A DNA stretch of 64,000 nucleotides from an uncultured Holophagales bacterium (GCA_963842525.1 CAWJGT010000001.1:576001-640000); one strand, 5' to 3'. Shown: positions 9,793 to 19,121, numbered from the stretch's first letter. Numbers and translations: made by a program. Notes: generated from the letters alone by a model not told the origin.

Positions 9793-10296
9793 GGGGGGCT
9801 CCTTTCTGGAGGGCAGCACGTACTGCGGGCGGCAGAGGGTGACCGGCGGGAGGCCGGCGATTGCGGGTCGGGCATTGCCGAGGAGGGCGCAGCCGGTGAA
9901 GTACCAGCCTCCGGTCACCGGATGGCTGAGGGCGATTTCGGCGGAGCGGCGGGTGTAGCGCTTGGTGCGGATCAGCTCGACGGTGGCGGGGTCGAGGTCG
10001 GTGTAGCGGACCCAGAGGGCGTCGTCCTGGAGCCAGATGCGCTCGCACCAGCCGAGCGACGGGCCAGCGGTGTTGTGGTCGAGGTTGAGGCTCGCCATCT
10101 CGATGGAGGGGTCGTAGGCGGCGGCCATCTCAGCGAGGCGCTCGGTGGTGATGACGATGCCGTGGGTTTCGGTGAGATCGATGGGGACGAGGGCCGGGAA
10201 CTCCAGAGCCGGGGCTTCGCCGGCGGCCAAGTCGATAATGTGATCGGTGGCGGCGGGGGTCCAGAGGACGGCGCCGGTGATGATGCGCGGGGTCAT
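9334..10296 (-). CDS. Mu-like prohead protease (gpI/gp32) with C-terminal scaffold region
   Basis: NLDH...GW...LWV...YTRRSAEI...GCALLGNARPAIAGLPP protease motifs. Confidence 0.85.
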   Translation of the reverse strand: MTPRIITGAVLWTPAATDHIIDLAAGEAPALEFPALVPIDLTETHGIVITTERLAEMAAAYDPSIEMASLNLDHNTAGPSLGWCERIWLQDDALWVRYTDLDPATVELIRTKRYTRRSAEIALSHPVTGGWYFTGCALLGNARPAIAGLPPVTLCRPQYVLPSRKEPPVSESDSPPSAPGEVELSAALQQRVVESDQAVAIILRQKAELQADSRLKALGASLTPAMANLAKPLLIELLATRTPATVKLQDDPTKPPTEVAIADRLLDILAAVPAVEAMTAGRLADQELQATTALGLSAERRRELDAKYQFTTTAFGFRTN

Positions 10297-12029
10297 GGGG
10301 TCACTCCTGGGCCTCGGAAGCCGGGATCGGGCAGTGCGGGGAGGCCGGTGTCGGGGGCGATGGGCCAGGGGCCAGTAGGCTCGGGGCCTGTGTAGCCTCG
10401 GGCGGCTGCTTCTTCGGCGGTGACGACTTCGATACGACAGCGGCAGTTGTGGCCGGCGGGGGTCCACCAGGTCTTCCAGATCGGATGATCGATCGCGAAG
10501 ACTTTGCCGTGCATGACGGCGTGGTTGTGGAGCGGACGTTCGCGGACTCGGTCGTCGTCTTCGGTCAACCAGATCAGGTAGGGGATCTGGCGGGAGGACG
10601 ACAAGGACGACAAGGACGACAAGGACGACAAGGACGACAAGGACGACAAGGACGACAAGGACGACAAGGACAGCAAGGACGGCAAGGACGGCAAGGACGG
10701 CAAGGACAAGGACGAAAAGGACGGGGAGGGGGCGGCTGGCCTTTTGACTACGGGCTCGCCTTCGCCGGGGGCGGGGACCCTCATGGTCATGCGGTAGTAG
10801 CCTTCGGGGACGGCGACGTCATCCGCGAGGGCATGGGCGATGCCCTGCATGCGCTGGGCTCGGTCGGCTGCGTCGGTGGAGTCGTAGACAGAGCGCGGGA
10901 TGGGGGCGCTGGGGCCGAAGTTCAGGAGGACCATCCAGCGGATGAGGGTGTCGGTCTCGAAGGAGCCCAGAAGGTGGGCGTCGTGATCGACTGTTTCGAG
11001 GCGAACTTCGTTGGAAACCTGACTCTTTGCGAAGGAGCCGGGGCCTTTGGCCAGGCCGCTCGTATCGACCTCGCCCAGCAGCAGGAGGGCTTCGGCTCGA
11101 TCGAGCCAGGAGAGGAAGGCGGCGTAGCTGGCGTCTCCTCCGCGGGAGGCTTCGAGGAAGGTGATGTCGAGGCCGTCCGGCAGGGCGATGGAGGTGCCTG
11201 TACGGATGGCGTCGAGGATGGCGAGCAGCCGGGCCTGCTGCTCCTTGTTGGCGACCTCCTGGCCGGGCTTGTAGGGGTAGGTGCCTTTCGCGAGCGGCTG
11301 CGCGAAGCGTTCGACGAAGAGGGCCCAATACTTCGAGGCGTGCTTCTTGAGGTACCAGACCCAATAGAGCCGGTCGAGCAGGGCTCTGCCCCACGGATTG
11401 TCCTTGGTGCCGTAGGACAAAACCTGGAACTTCATCGGCGGTGCGGCGACGGGTGCGATGCGCACCGGGTGATTGACGATGTGAAGGGATCTATCGCTCG
11501 CGGCCCAGCCGAAGCGCCACATGGGGCGATCGATCAGATCGACGGGGAGCCAGGCCCCGGCCAGGGGACCTCGCGGGGCCTGCTCCCACATGATTTCGTT
11601 GATGGCGACGCCTTTGAGAATTGCCTCCAAGGTGTTGGAGATCGGGACGACGCGGAGCGGGATCTGCGACAACGCGGTGCGGACGAAGAGGGCAGTCTCT
11701 TCGGCCTTCGGAGAAGAACCAGCGGCTCGGATGAAGCGCGGCAGGGAGAGGACTGCTTTGACTCTTTTTTCCCAGAGGCCGGCCATGGTCGTGTCTGTAT
11801 CGACCATCCGGTTGTAAAGCTCGCCCACTCGATCGCCGACCTCGGACCGCTCGCGCACGAAGCGGGAGGGGTGCTGGATCTCCTGCCATCTTCCGAAGGC
11901 GCGGAAGAACATGGGATCGCCCCCGAGCTCGCCCACGAAAGGGCGGAGCTTGCGCTCCGCCTCCAAGGCGGTGACGACCAACTCGGCGAAGAGCTGGGCG
12001 GTCGGGGCGAGCGCGAGGGCGGTCTCCAT
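10293..12029 (-). CDS. Mu gp29-like portal (DUF935) fused to a C-terminal MuF/gp7 head-morphogenesis domain
   Basis: NPWGRALLDRLYWVWYLKK..W..FVERFAQP (DUF935); C-terminal DDRVR...H..MHGKVF..DHPIW....P.GHNCRC (MuF). Confidence 0.88.
   Translation of the reverse strand: METALALAPTAQLFAELVVTALEAERKLRPFVGELGGDPMFFRAFGRWQEIQHPSRFVRERSEVGDRVGELYNRMVDTDTTMAGLWEKRVKAVLSLPRFIRAAGSSPKAEETALFVRTALSQIPLRVVPISNTLEAILKGVAINEIMWEQAPRGPLAGAWLPVDLIDRPMWRFGWAASDRSLHIVNHPVRIAPVAAPPMKFQVLSYGTKDNPWGRALLDRLYWVWYLKKHASKYWALFVERFAQPLAKGTYPYKPGQEVANKEQQARLLAILDAIRTGTSIALPDGLDITFLEASRGGDASYAAFLSWLDRAEALLLLGEVDTSGLAKGPGSFAKSQVSNEVRLETVDHDAHLLGSFETDTLIRWMVLLNFGPSAPIPRSVYDSTDAADRAQRMQGIAHALADDVAVPEGYYRMTMRVPAPGEGEPVVKRPAAPSPSFSSLSLPSLPSLPSLLSLSSLSSLSSLSSLSSLSSLSSLSSSRQIPYLIWLTEDDDRVRERPLHNHAVMHGKVFAIDHPIWKTWWTPAGHNCRCRIEVVTAEEAAARGYTGPEPTGPWPIAPDTGLPALPDPGFRGPGVTP
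10596..10723. repeat. 9-bp tandem repeat (GGACGACAA)n, about 13-14 units, coding SLSSLS...
   Basis: Eight perfect units followed by variants GGACAGCAA and GGACGGCAA. Confidence 0.95.
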
Positions 12030-12031
12030 GA

Positions 12032-14023
12032 TCAGAGGGCCTTCAGGATGTCGAGGGAATCGATCGGGCTTGCGGCGGGGGTGGCGTAGATCAGGGGCGG
12101 CGTGAAGGCGCTCCAATCAGCGGTGAGCTTGCGCAGCTCGGCGACTCGCAGGGCATCGACGAGGTGGTCATTGACTTTCGAAAAGCGGCGGGCTTCGCCG
12201 GACTGCGAATAGGTGTGGTTTGCGAGGAGGTGGCGGACTTCGGGGTCGAAGGGCAGCTCGAGGCCTCGGCCGTGGAGGCGGCGCTCGATCAGTTGGGTGC
12301 CCAGCTCTTTGTAGGAGATGAGAACTTCGCGGCCGGTGGCCGGATCGAGCTGGGCTTCTCCGGTGGTGGGATCGAGAGCGGGCGTGGCGCGATTGAAGAC
12401 GTAGCCGCTCAGGCGGTCGCCGAGATCGGGGATGAGGAGGTCGACGAGGACGCGGCCGACTCCGGTGGCGTCGATACCCCAACCGCCGGCCGGGGCAAGA
12501 ATTGCGTCGAGGGCGAGGATGAAGTCCCGCTGCGCGTACCAGTTCCAGCCGGTGAGGTGGAGGCGGAGGACTACGGTGTCGGCCAGGCCGTTGCGACGTT
12601 CGAAAAGGATTTCCGTCACGGTGGCGGAGCCGACATCCACTCCGGCGGTGAGGTCTCCGGGGATGGGGCGGAGGAAGAAGTGCGCCAGATCCCAGATGGC
12701 CTTCTGGCGCTGAGTGGCGTCCCAGGTGTCCCAGGCGGCGACGTCGAGGGTGTCTTGGAGGACGGTCAGGTAGGGCTGCAGGGTGGCTTCTTCCGCGAGG
12801 TCCTCGTCGGGGTGATCGTCGGCGCCGCGATCCTCACCCCCGGCCCCTCTCCCATCTCCCTTCCTCTCCCCCGCCGGGAGAGGGGAGGAAGAATCGCCCC
12901 AGGGATAGGAGGGGTTGAGGCGGCGGGAGAGGGCGTCGAGGTGGCCGGCTCGGGTGTCCCAACGGAAGGCGATGGAGAGGTAGTCGGGGATCCAGGTCAG
13001 AGCGGGCTTGAGGAGACGCTCGGGGAAAAGTGAGTACTCGGGGTCGCCAGGGAGACCGAGGATGTTGTGGACGTAGCCGGGCTCGTCGGGACCACCGTAG
13101 AAAGCGATAAATTCCTGGCGGCGGTCTTCGCTCCAGAAGGGGGCGGGCATGATGGTCTTCGGCCAGTGGAAGCGGACCCAGATCCGGCCTCCGAGGTCTC
13201 GCGCCAGGACGCGGACTCCCTCCGGCGTCGCGGAGACAGTTGGGCGAAGGAGCTGCTCGATCACCAACTCGGGTGTTTCGGCCGGGATGATCGAATCGGC
13301 GGGGACTGCGTTGTCGGCGATCCTTTGGAAGGTGCAGAGGCGGTCGCCGGTGGGCACGGAGTAGATGCGGATCTCGCAGCCGGGCTTGGCGGCTCTCCAG
13401 AATTCGGCCCAGCTTCTCGGATTGACAACCTTTGCCGCTTCGTCGTGCAGGAGCCAGCCGCGCACGTGGATGCCGCGGTAGGCGCGGCCATCGTGACCCG
13501 CTGGGCGGAAGAGGACGCGCAATCCATTGCGCCAAGTCAGACGACGATAGGGCTTGGTGGTGCGGGTGCGCAGGGAATCGCCGAGGAACGGGTTGGCAGT
13601 GAGCTGCCACTCGACCTCTTCCCAGATTTCGTCGAGGTCGCCGTCCAGGGCGGAACCGACCAGGACGCTGCCCCGCTCGGCGGCGAGACAACCCCAGAGC
13701 AGGAGGCCGACGATTTCGCGGCTCTTGCCGACTTCGGCGCCGTCCTGGTGGACGACGTGCCCGCGGAAGCGCATCGACGGGCGCTGGTAAGGGAAGAGGC
13801 TCCAGAGCCCACCGCCGTCTTCCGGTTTGTTGACCAGGTTCGTCTCGACCCAGAGCACCGGATCGGCGTTGATCAGCCACCACTGGAGGCGGTCGGTGTC
13901 GAGGACCTTGCCGCCGAGCTTGAGGTCACCGCGTTCGAGGGCTTGCCAGGACCAGCGGTTGCGCCGGAGGAGGGCATCGATCAGCTCGGGCAGCGCGGGG
14001 TGGAGCAGCTCGATGCTATGCAT
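12032..14023 (-). CDS. Terminase large subunit
   Basis: Walker A-like GAEVGKS, Walker B LLHDEAA, motif III YSVP, nuclease motifs GVDVG, GIDATGVG and NDHLVDAL. Confidence 0.9.
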   Translation of the reverse strand: MHSIELLHPALPELIDALLRRNRWSWQALERGDLKLGGKVLDTDRLQWWLINADPVLWVETNLVNKPEDGGGLWSLFPYQRPSMRFRGHVVHQDGAEVGKSREIVGLLLWGCLAAERGSVLVGSALDGDLDEIWEEVEWQLTANPFLGDSLRTRTTKPYRRLTWRNGLRVLFRPAGHDGRAYRGIHVRGWLLHDEAAKVVNPRSWAEFWRAAKPGCEIRIYSVPTGDRLCTFQRIADNAVPADSIIPAETPELVIEQLLRPTVSATPEGVRVLARDLGGRIWVRFHWPKTIMPAPFWSEDRRQEFIAFYGGPDEPGYVHNILGLPGDPEYSLFPERLLKPALTWIPDYLSIAFRWDTRAGHLDALSRRLNPSYPWGDSSSPLPAGERKGDGRGAGGEDRGADDHPDEDLAEEATLQPYLTVLQDTLDVAAWDTWDATQRQKAIWDLAHFFLRPIPGDLTAGVDVGSATVTEILFERRNGLADTVVLRLHLTGWNWYAQRDFILALDAILAPAGGWGIDATGVGRVLVDLLIPDLGDRLSGYVFNRATPALDPTTGEAQLDPATGREVLISYKELGTQLIERRLHGRGLELPFDPEVRHLLANHTYSQSGEARRFSKVNDHLVDALRVAELRKLTADWSAFTPPLIYATPAASPIDSLDILKAL
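12832..12885. repeat. REP-like element inserted in frame in terL
   Basis: Translated as SPLPAGERKGDGRGAGGED between the ATPase and nuclease domains. Confidence 0.8.
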
Positions 14024-14673
14024 CGGAGTCTTCCCCCTCGCCGGCGAGTCCTCGCCGCATCTGGCTCACCCATGCAGCACGTCCCGCCAGGCCGAGGCCG
14101 TGGTCTCTTTCGCGCTCGCCGCTCGCTTTCGGGGTGATCGCTTGATCTGCGGCGGTGTGGCCGAGCTGCCGCAGGAGCTGGAAGGTGTTTGCTGCACGGG
14201 GATTTTCGACGGGGCGCTCGGCGACGATCTCGAAGCTCGCCTTCGGCGTTGCGGCCCACGACGGGGACCTGGACGACGAGTCCCTCCCGCATGAGGACCG
14301 CGAGCTCGTCGTGAGCCAAGGCGAGCTGGCCGGCCATCGATGTCGCAGCAAGCTCGGCCAGGCCGTTGAGGTCGCCGGCCTGGATGGCAGCCAGGTATTT
14401 CTGCATCACATCGTGATGACCCAGGGAGACGAGGCAGGCAGAGAGGCCGGCGCCTCGCGCCTCGACGGCGCGCTTGACGTCGCAGGTGCCGGTGCCGTCG
14501 TTGGGGCAGACGGCCGGCTTGCAGGGTGGAAGCGCCTGGCCGAGGGCGGTGGTCGCGTACTGGCCGGTCTTGACCGCGGCGGCGCGGCGCTGGGCGCGCT
14601 CTTTCGCGGACAGGGGCTTGCCCTTGGGCCGGCCGCCCTTGCCTTTGCTCTCCTGCTGTGTCCGCTTCGGCAT
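14016..14673 (-). CDS. Terminase small subunit (one frameshift near 14240)
   Basis: Basic N-terminus GGRPKGK...AVKTGQYA. After the shift it reads ENPRA...LRQLGHT...TP (P27-type terS). The stop overlaps the terL start. Confidence 0.7.
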
Positions 14674-14702
14674 CTTGACAACGCTCCTCGTTCGGGAGCA
14701 GC

Positions 14703-15782
14703 TTGAAAGACATGAGCGCTAGACCCCAAATCGGCGACCCCCGGCGTACAGGTGGTAAACAGCAGATTGCAAAGAAGTTAGATCCTCTCGGCGGTACCGC
14801 GGAGAGTCACAGGACCTGTGATTCACTCGACGGTTGGACGGCCTTCTTGATCAGCGTCCGTGGGCGGACGGAGGGGACGGTGCGGCGGTATCGGCGGCTG
14901 GTCGAGCGGCTGTTGGAGGACTCTGGAAAACCGTTCGCGCAGCTCGGCCGGGAGGACGTTGAGCGGCATCTGCGGCGGCTGCATCTGGCCGGCCGTGGAG
15001 AGTCGGTGCGCCAGGGGGTGGTCGTGGCGATCCGCTCTCTCGGCGAGTGGTGCATGGCTCGCGGGATCTTCGATGTGAATCCGTGGGCGTCGCTGTCGGG
15101 GCCGCGGCCGTATCAGCGGGAGATCAAGGTGCTGACGGTCCGTGAGGTGTCGCGGCTGCTGTGGGGCGAGCGGCCGGGGACACTGCCTCGCGATCTTCGA
15201 AAGATGCGGGACCGGGTGCTGCTGGGCGTGGCCTATGTGGCGGGACTTCGCGCGTCGGAGATTGGGCCACTGGAGGCCGAGGGGGTGGTGTGGCAGGAAG
15301 CGACTCAGACGTTCAGCATTCTGGTGCGGCGCGGGAAGGGGGCAGGCGCGGATGTGCGGTTGCCGCTGGATCGGCCGGTGTCTCGGATGCTTGCCATGTG
15401 GCTGGCGGCGCGGCCGGCGGGCCGGTTCCTTTGGGGACGGGCGCTGACGCGGGGGGCGGTGCGCAAGGTCTTGCTTCGGCGGTTCGCGGAGGTGGGGATC
15501 GAGGCGGGTGGGCGGCGGATTTCGCCTCATGTGCTACGGCACAGCCTGGCGACGCATTTGCTTGCGCAGGGGCTGGATATCCGGGAGGTGCAGCTTCTGA
15601 TGCGGCACCGGTCGATTGCGACGACGGAGAAGTATCTGCATGTGAATGTGGATCGGCTCGGGGCGGTGTTGGTGCGGCGGAGTCCTTTGGAGGGGCGGGG
15701 GCGGAAGAGGGTGGCGAGCTCGCTGCGGCCGGCGATGGCTCAGCTTCTCGGGGAGCTTGGGGGGCTGGTGCGGGGGGAGTGA
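14703..15782 (+). CDS. Tyrosine recombinase/integrase (XerC/D-like); true start may be near 14818
   Basis: SAM-like N-domain; catalytic R (GLRASE), K (GKG), HVLRHS, H (MRHRSIATT) and Y (EKYLH). Confidence 0.92.
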   Translation: MKDMSARPQIGDPRRTGGKQQIAKKLDPLGGTAESHRTCDSLDGWTAFLISVRGRTEGTVRRYRRLVERLLEDSGKPFAQLGREDVERHLRRLHLAGRGESVRQGVVVAIRSLGEWCMARGIFDVNPWASLSGPRPYQREIKVLTVREVSRLLWGERPGTLPRDLRKMRDRVLLGVAYVAGLRASEIGPLEAEGVVWQEATQTFSILVRRGKGAGADVRLPLDRPVSRMLAMWLAARPAGRFLWGRALTRGAVRKVLLRRFAEVGIEAGGRRISPHVLRHSLATHLLAQGLDIREVQLLMRHRSIATTEKYLHVNVDRLGAVLVRRSPLEGRGRKRVASSLRPAMAQLLGELGGLVRGE

Positions 15783-15840
15783 CGGGCGAGGGAACGAACA
15801 CAGACGGACACGGACTGGCACGGCAGACGCGGTGCGACGA

Positions 15841-18549
15841 TCAGGAGCCATTGAGTGGGTCGAGCAGGAGTTCGAGCAGATCCCGGCGGATTTTCCGCTG
15901 ACGGGCTGATGGGATCGAGTCTTCGTCGCAGGCGAGAAGCCATTGCAGTTTGGCGATCAACTGGGCTTCGGTGTTGGTGTCGTTAAGCTGGCGGACGGTC
16001 AGGAGCAGGTTCCAGGTGGAAATCGTGGTGTCGGGGTGCTCACTTCCCAGCACGCGCTCTAGGATTTCCAATGTCTGTTCTTGCAGCCTCCTGGCACCGT
16101 CGAGAGCGCCAAGAGCATAGAGGATTTCTGCCAGGATTCTCCTCGACATCAAGGTGTGGCGGTGCTCGCCCCCCAGCACGCGTTCTTGGATTTCCAACGT
16201 CTGCTCTTGCAGCTTCCTGGCACCGTCGAGATCACCGAGAGCATGGAGGATTTTTGCCAGGTTGTGCCTCGACACCAAGGTGTAGGGATGCTCGCCCCCC
16301 AGCACGCGCTCGTGGATTTCCACTGTCTGTCCTTGCAGCTTCCTGGCACCGTCGAGATCACCCATACCAAAGAGGTTCCTGGCTAGTCTGTTTCTCGAGA
16401 TCAAGGTGTAAGGGTGCTCGCTCCCCAATACGCGCTCGTGGATTTCTACTGTCTGCTCTTGCAGCTTCCTGGCACCGTCGAGATCGCCGAGAGCATCGAG
16501 GATATCGGCCAGGTTGTCCCTCGACGTCAAAGTGTCGAGATGCTCGCTCCCCAGCAAGCGCTCTTGGATTTCTAGTGTCTGCTCTTGCAGCTTCCTGGCA
16601 CCCTGGAGATCACCGAGAACATAGAGGCTTCTGGCTAGGTTGGCGCTCGCCACCAAGGTGTTGGAATGCTCGCTGCCCCAGTCCTCTAAGGACAGCGCCA
16701 AAGCCTCTTCGATATCAACCTTGGCGGCTCGGATGTTACCCAAATTGAATTGCGCAAAACCAATTAAGTTAAGAGCTTGGGATCGCTTCATAGGCTCATG
16801 ACATACTAGCTTCCAGGCGGCCAAGGCATCTGTCAGTGACTCAGAGTATCGTCCAACAGCTATTAGCAAACTTGCGCGCAGCAGGTGGAAATCGGCGAGT
16901 CGATCAAACGGCAGCACGGATAAGTCGTTCTCGCCCACACCGATCGTCGCCTGTGCGTAGGCCTCAAGTACTGCCAGCCGTCGAAAAGCTGGCCATGCCA
17001 CTGAGTCGTTGGCCACGCGCCACACCAGCTCAGGATCGATCTCCTCGCACTCAATTTCGGCGCGAACCTCGGCTTGCAGAGCATCGGCTGCCTCCAAGCT
17101 GATCCACCAAGCCAGCGAGCGTTCGTAGGGCTCGCGCTCCCGGTCGCCTAGGTGGTCGGCGATCGAGAGAAAACAACGCGCCCAGCCCCTCTTGGTCATA
17201 GGCACCCTCTGCTCCAAGAACCGCAGCAAGGTTGCGGCTCGCATTTCTCGGTCCATCTCCGACTCCTGGTCCAGGACCACCCGCGGCAGCAGCGGATGCG
17301 TGAAGGCGTAGGCGTTGTATCCGTGGAACCCGGCGATGTGGAAACCCAGGTCGGTCAGCCAGCCGAGCTCGCCTACCAGCACGTCGTCCACCCAATCGAT
17401 CGCCGCTTCGGCCGTGGGCTCGTCGAGGTCCAGGTGCTCGATCAACGCTGCCATGGGTATGTAACGACCGCAGAGCGCAGCGAGAGATAGGAACTCGCGG
17501 AGCACACGGGCCAGCTCCGGCTCCTCCTCAGCCAACGTGGCCAGGGATTTGTCTACCTCCTCGAAAAGGCCGCGGGAGAAAGAGTGGACGAGTCTGGGAT
17601 CCTTTAAACCAGCCGGTGGTAATCGCCACGTTTCACCCTCAGAAAGCAGGATCTCGGCCTCCATCAGATCTGCTAATCGGTTCGTGATCGCTGCAGGCCG
17701 TCCGTGACAGCAGTTCATCAGCGCCGACACCAGATCGTCGGGAAACTCGTTTGGCTCAAAGCGCCGATTGAGCAGATCCCGCAGCTCGGCTTTTTCGAGG
17801 GGTAGCACGTCGAAGCGTTCGAGCGCGGAGCGGGCCTCGGGTGCGGCTCGCTCTGTGGCCTGGTCCAGCGGGCAGGAGAGCACCAGCAGCAGGCGGTCAG
17901 GGGCCCGTTCCGCCTCGCGTATCAGCCAGCGGCGCAAGTTGCTGGTCAGTTGCGGGCTATCGGTCACGTGTACCAGCAGCTTGCGGTCCCGGGTGAGCTC
18001 GTCAAGAAAGCGGTGCAATGTATCGGGGTCGTCGCGCGGCGGCGCACTGTTACCGCGAGTGGGCTGGCTCAGTACGTCGGCGAAGCGCTTCAAAGGATCT
18101 TCGAACTGCCAGAGTAGGGAGAGGAGCGAGGCCGCTACCACGGACGCTTGGCCGATCAGATCGAGCTTGCTCAGCGTCTTCGCCGCAGACTTCACCGCTC
18201 CCTTGACCTTGTCCCGCGCCGCCTCCCGCTGGCGTTCCTCCTGGTCGATCAGGTGGCGGAGGTATTCGGTGAGTGGGTTCTGAATATCGGGCTCAAAGCC
18301 GTCGAGATCGAGGTGCCAAACGGCCACCTTGCGCCGCTGGTCGCGCGCTCGCTGGGCGGCGGCATCGCAGAGGAAGCCGCGGCCGATTCCCGGCTCTCCC
18401 CCGAGCACGACGACTGCCGGGGAGCTGTCGTCCAGCAACAGTTCCATCAGAGCATCGATGTGCTCGTCCCGTTGGAAGTTGAACCGGCCATAGAGGGATT
18501 CCGGCCACTCGAACCAGAGCTTACGGAGATCCTTCGCCCGCGGGATCAT
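15841..18549 (-). CDS. STAND-like NTPase with C-terminal 42-aa TPR repeats (NLR-like)
   Basis: VVVLGGEPGIGRG P-loop, LLVHVTD Walker B, CHGRP motif; repeats of LGDLDGARKLQEQTLEI.ERVLG.EH..TL. Confidence 0.85.
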   Translation of the reverse strand: MIPRAKDLRKLWFEWPESLYGRFNFQRDEHIDALMELLLDDSSPAVVVLGGEPGIGRGFLCDAAAQRARDQRRKVAVWHLDLDGFEPDIQNPLTEYLRHLIDQEERQREAARDKVKGAVKSAAKTLSKLDLIGQASVVAASLLSLLWQFEDPLKRFADVLSQPTRGNSAPPRDDPDTLHRFLDELTRDRKLLVHVTDSPQLTSNLRRWLIREAERAPDRLLLVLSCPLDQATERAAPEARSALERFDVLPLEKAELRDLLNRRFEPNEFPDDLVSALMNCCHGRPAAITNRLADLMEAEILLSEGETWRLPPAGLKDPRLVHSFSRGLFEEVDKSLATLAEEEPELARVLREFLSLAALCGRYIPMAALIEHLDLDEPTAEAAIDWVDDVLVGELGWLTDLGFHIAGFHGYNAYAFTHPLLPRVVLDQESEMDREMRAATLLRFLEQRVPMTKRGWARCFLSIADHLGDREREPYERSLAWWISLEAADALQAEVRAEIECEEIDPELVWRVANDSVAWPAFRRLAVLEAYAQATIGVGENDLSVLPFDRLADFHLLRASLLIAVGRYSESLTDALAAWKLVCHEPMKRSQALNLIGFAQFNLGNIRAAKVDIEEALALSLEDWGSEHSNTLVASANLARSLYVLGDLQGARKLQEQTLEIQERLLGSEHLDTLTSRDNLADILDALGDLDGARKLQEQTVEIHERVLGSEHPYTLISRNRLARNLFGMGDLDGARKLQGQTVEIHERVLGGEHPYTLVSRHNLAKILHALGDLDGARKLQEQTLEIQERVLGGEHRHTLMSRRILAEILYALGALDGARRLQEQTLEILERVLGSEHPDTTISTWNLLLTVRQLNDTNTEAQLIAKLQWLLACDEDSIPSARQRKIRRDLLELLLDPLNGS
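16030..16680. repeat. 126-bp coding tandem repeats (about 5 copies)
   Basis: TTGCAGC(C/T)TCCTGGCACC recurs at 16081, 16207, 16333, 16459 and 16585. Confidence 0.9.
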
Positions 18550-19060
18550 GCCAGCCCTCCAGTGGAGACTGAATCTGAAGATGCCGGGATGATTATAGAG
18601 CGCGGCAAGGACTCGCAGGACGCAGTGCCCAAAAACGTGGTTCTGAGCACCGCTGTTTCCGGCCGGCCGGCGTCGCGGAAATGCCTGTGCGGCTTGGGTT
18701 TGGCCGTGGTCATCCGTCTTTCAGACCCCCTCTCCTCCCGCCGCAGCTCCGAAAACGAAACCAGTTCCGTTTTTTCCACAGGGTAAAAGGCCCGCCGGGA
18801 CTGCGTTTCCGCGACTTTGACTGGTCAAAAAAGGCGGTTCTAACCGGCGCAGAAAGGCAACCGCAGGAAGGTGGTTTGGACGGACCCGCCGGGCGGCGGT
18901 TGGGGGACGCCGCGGCAGGCGCGGACGAGCGTGTGCTGGGGCAGCGCGTTGGACCTGGAGTGCGTGGGGTTAGAGTGAGTCACTCACCACTGAAGCCACT
19001 CCGTATCGCAGACGGCACACCCGCTGTGTTGAGTCGCGCTGTGATAGCAGCGCCCCAGGG

Positions 19061-19103
19061 GGAAGGCAGAGGAAGCCCCGCGAGCGGCTTCCTCCTGCCT
19101 TCC
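19061..19103 (-). terminator. Long hairpin downstream of the small peptide gene
   Basis: GGAAGGCAGAGGAAGCC-8nt-GGCTTCCTCCTGCCTTCC; no U tract. Confidence 0.5.
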
Positions 19104-19121
19104 GGAAGAGCGTGGTTCTGC

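Larger units (their letters stand above)
1..15782. mobile_element. Mu-like phage morphogenesis cluster plus tyrosine recombinase (prophage remnant or GTA-like element); continues beyond the left edge
   Basis: Co-oriented, tightly coupled minus-strand genes in Mu head-gene order: terS, terL, portal, protease, decoration, capsid, gp35/gp36-like, morphogenesis protein, tail. Divergent integrase at the right end. Confidence 0.85.

Noticed and set aside
14230-14245. Programmed frameshift in terS
   Set aside because: No slippery heptamer is evident and indels are common throughout this assembly.
16030-16680. 126-bp repeats as CRISPR or a DGR template/variable pair
   Set aside because: They are in-frame TPR coding repeats, and no reverse transcriptase is in the window.
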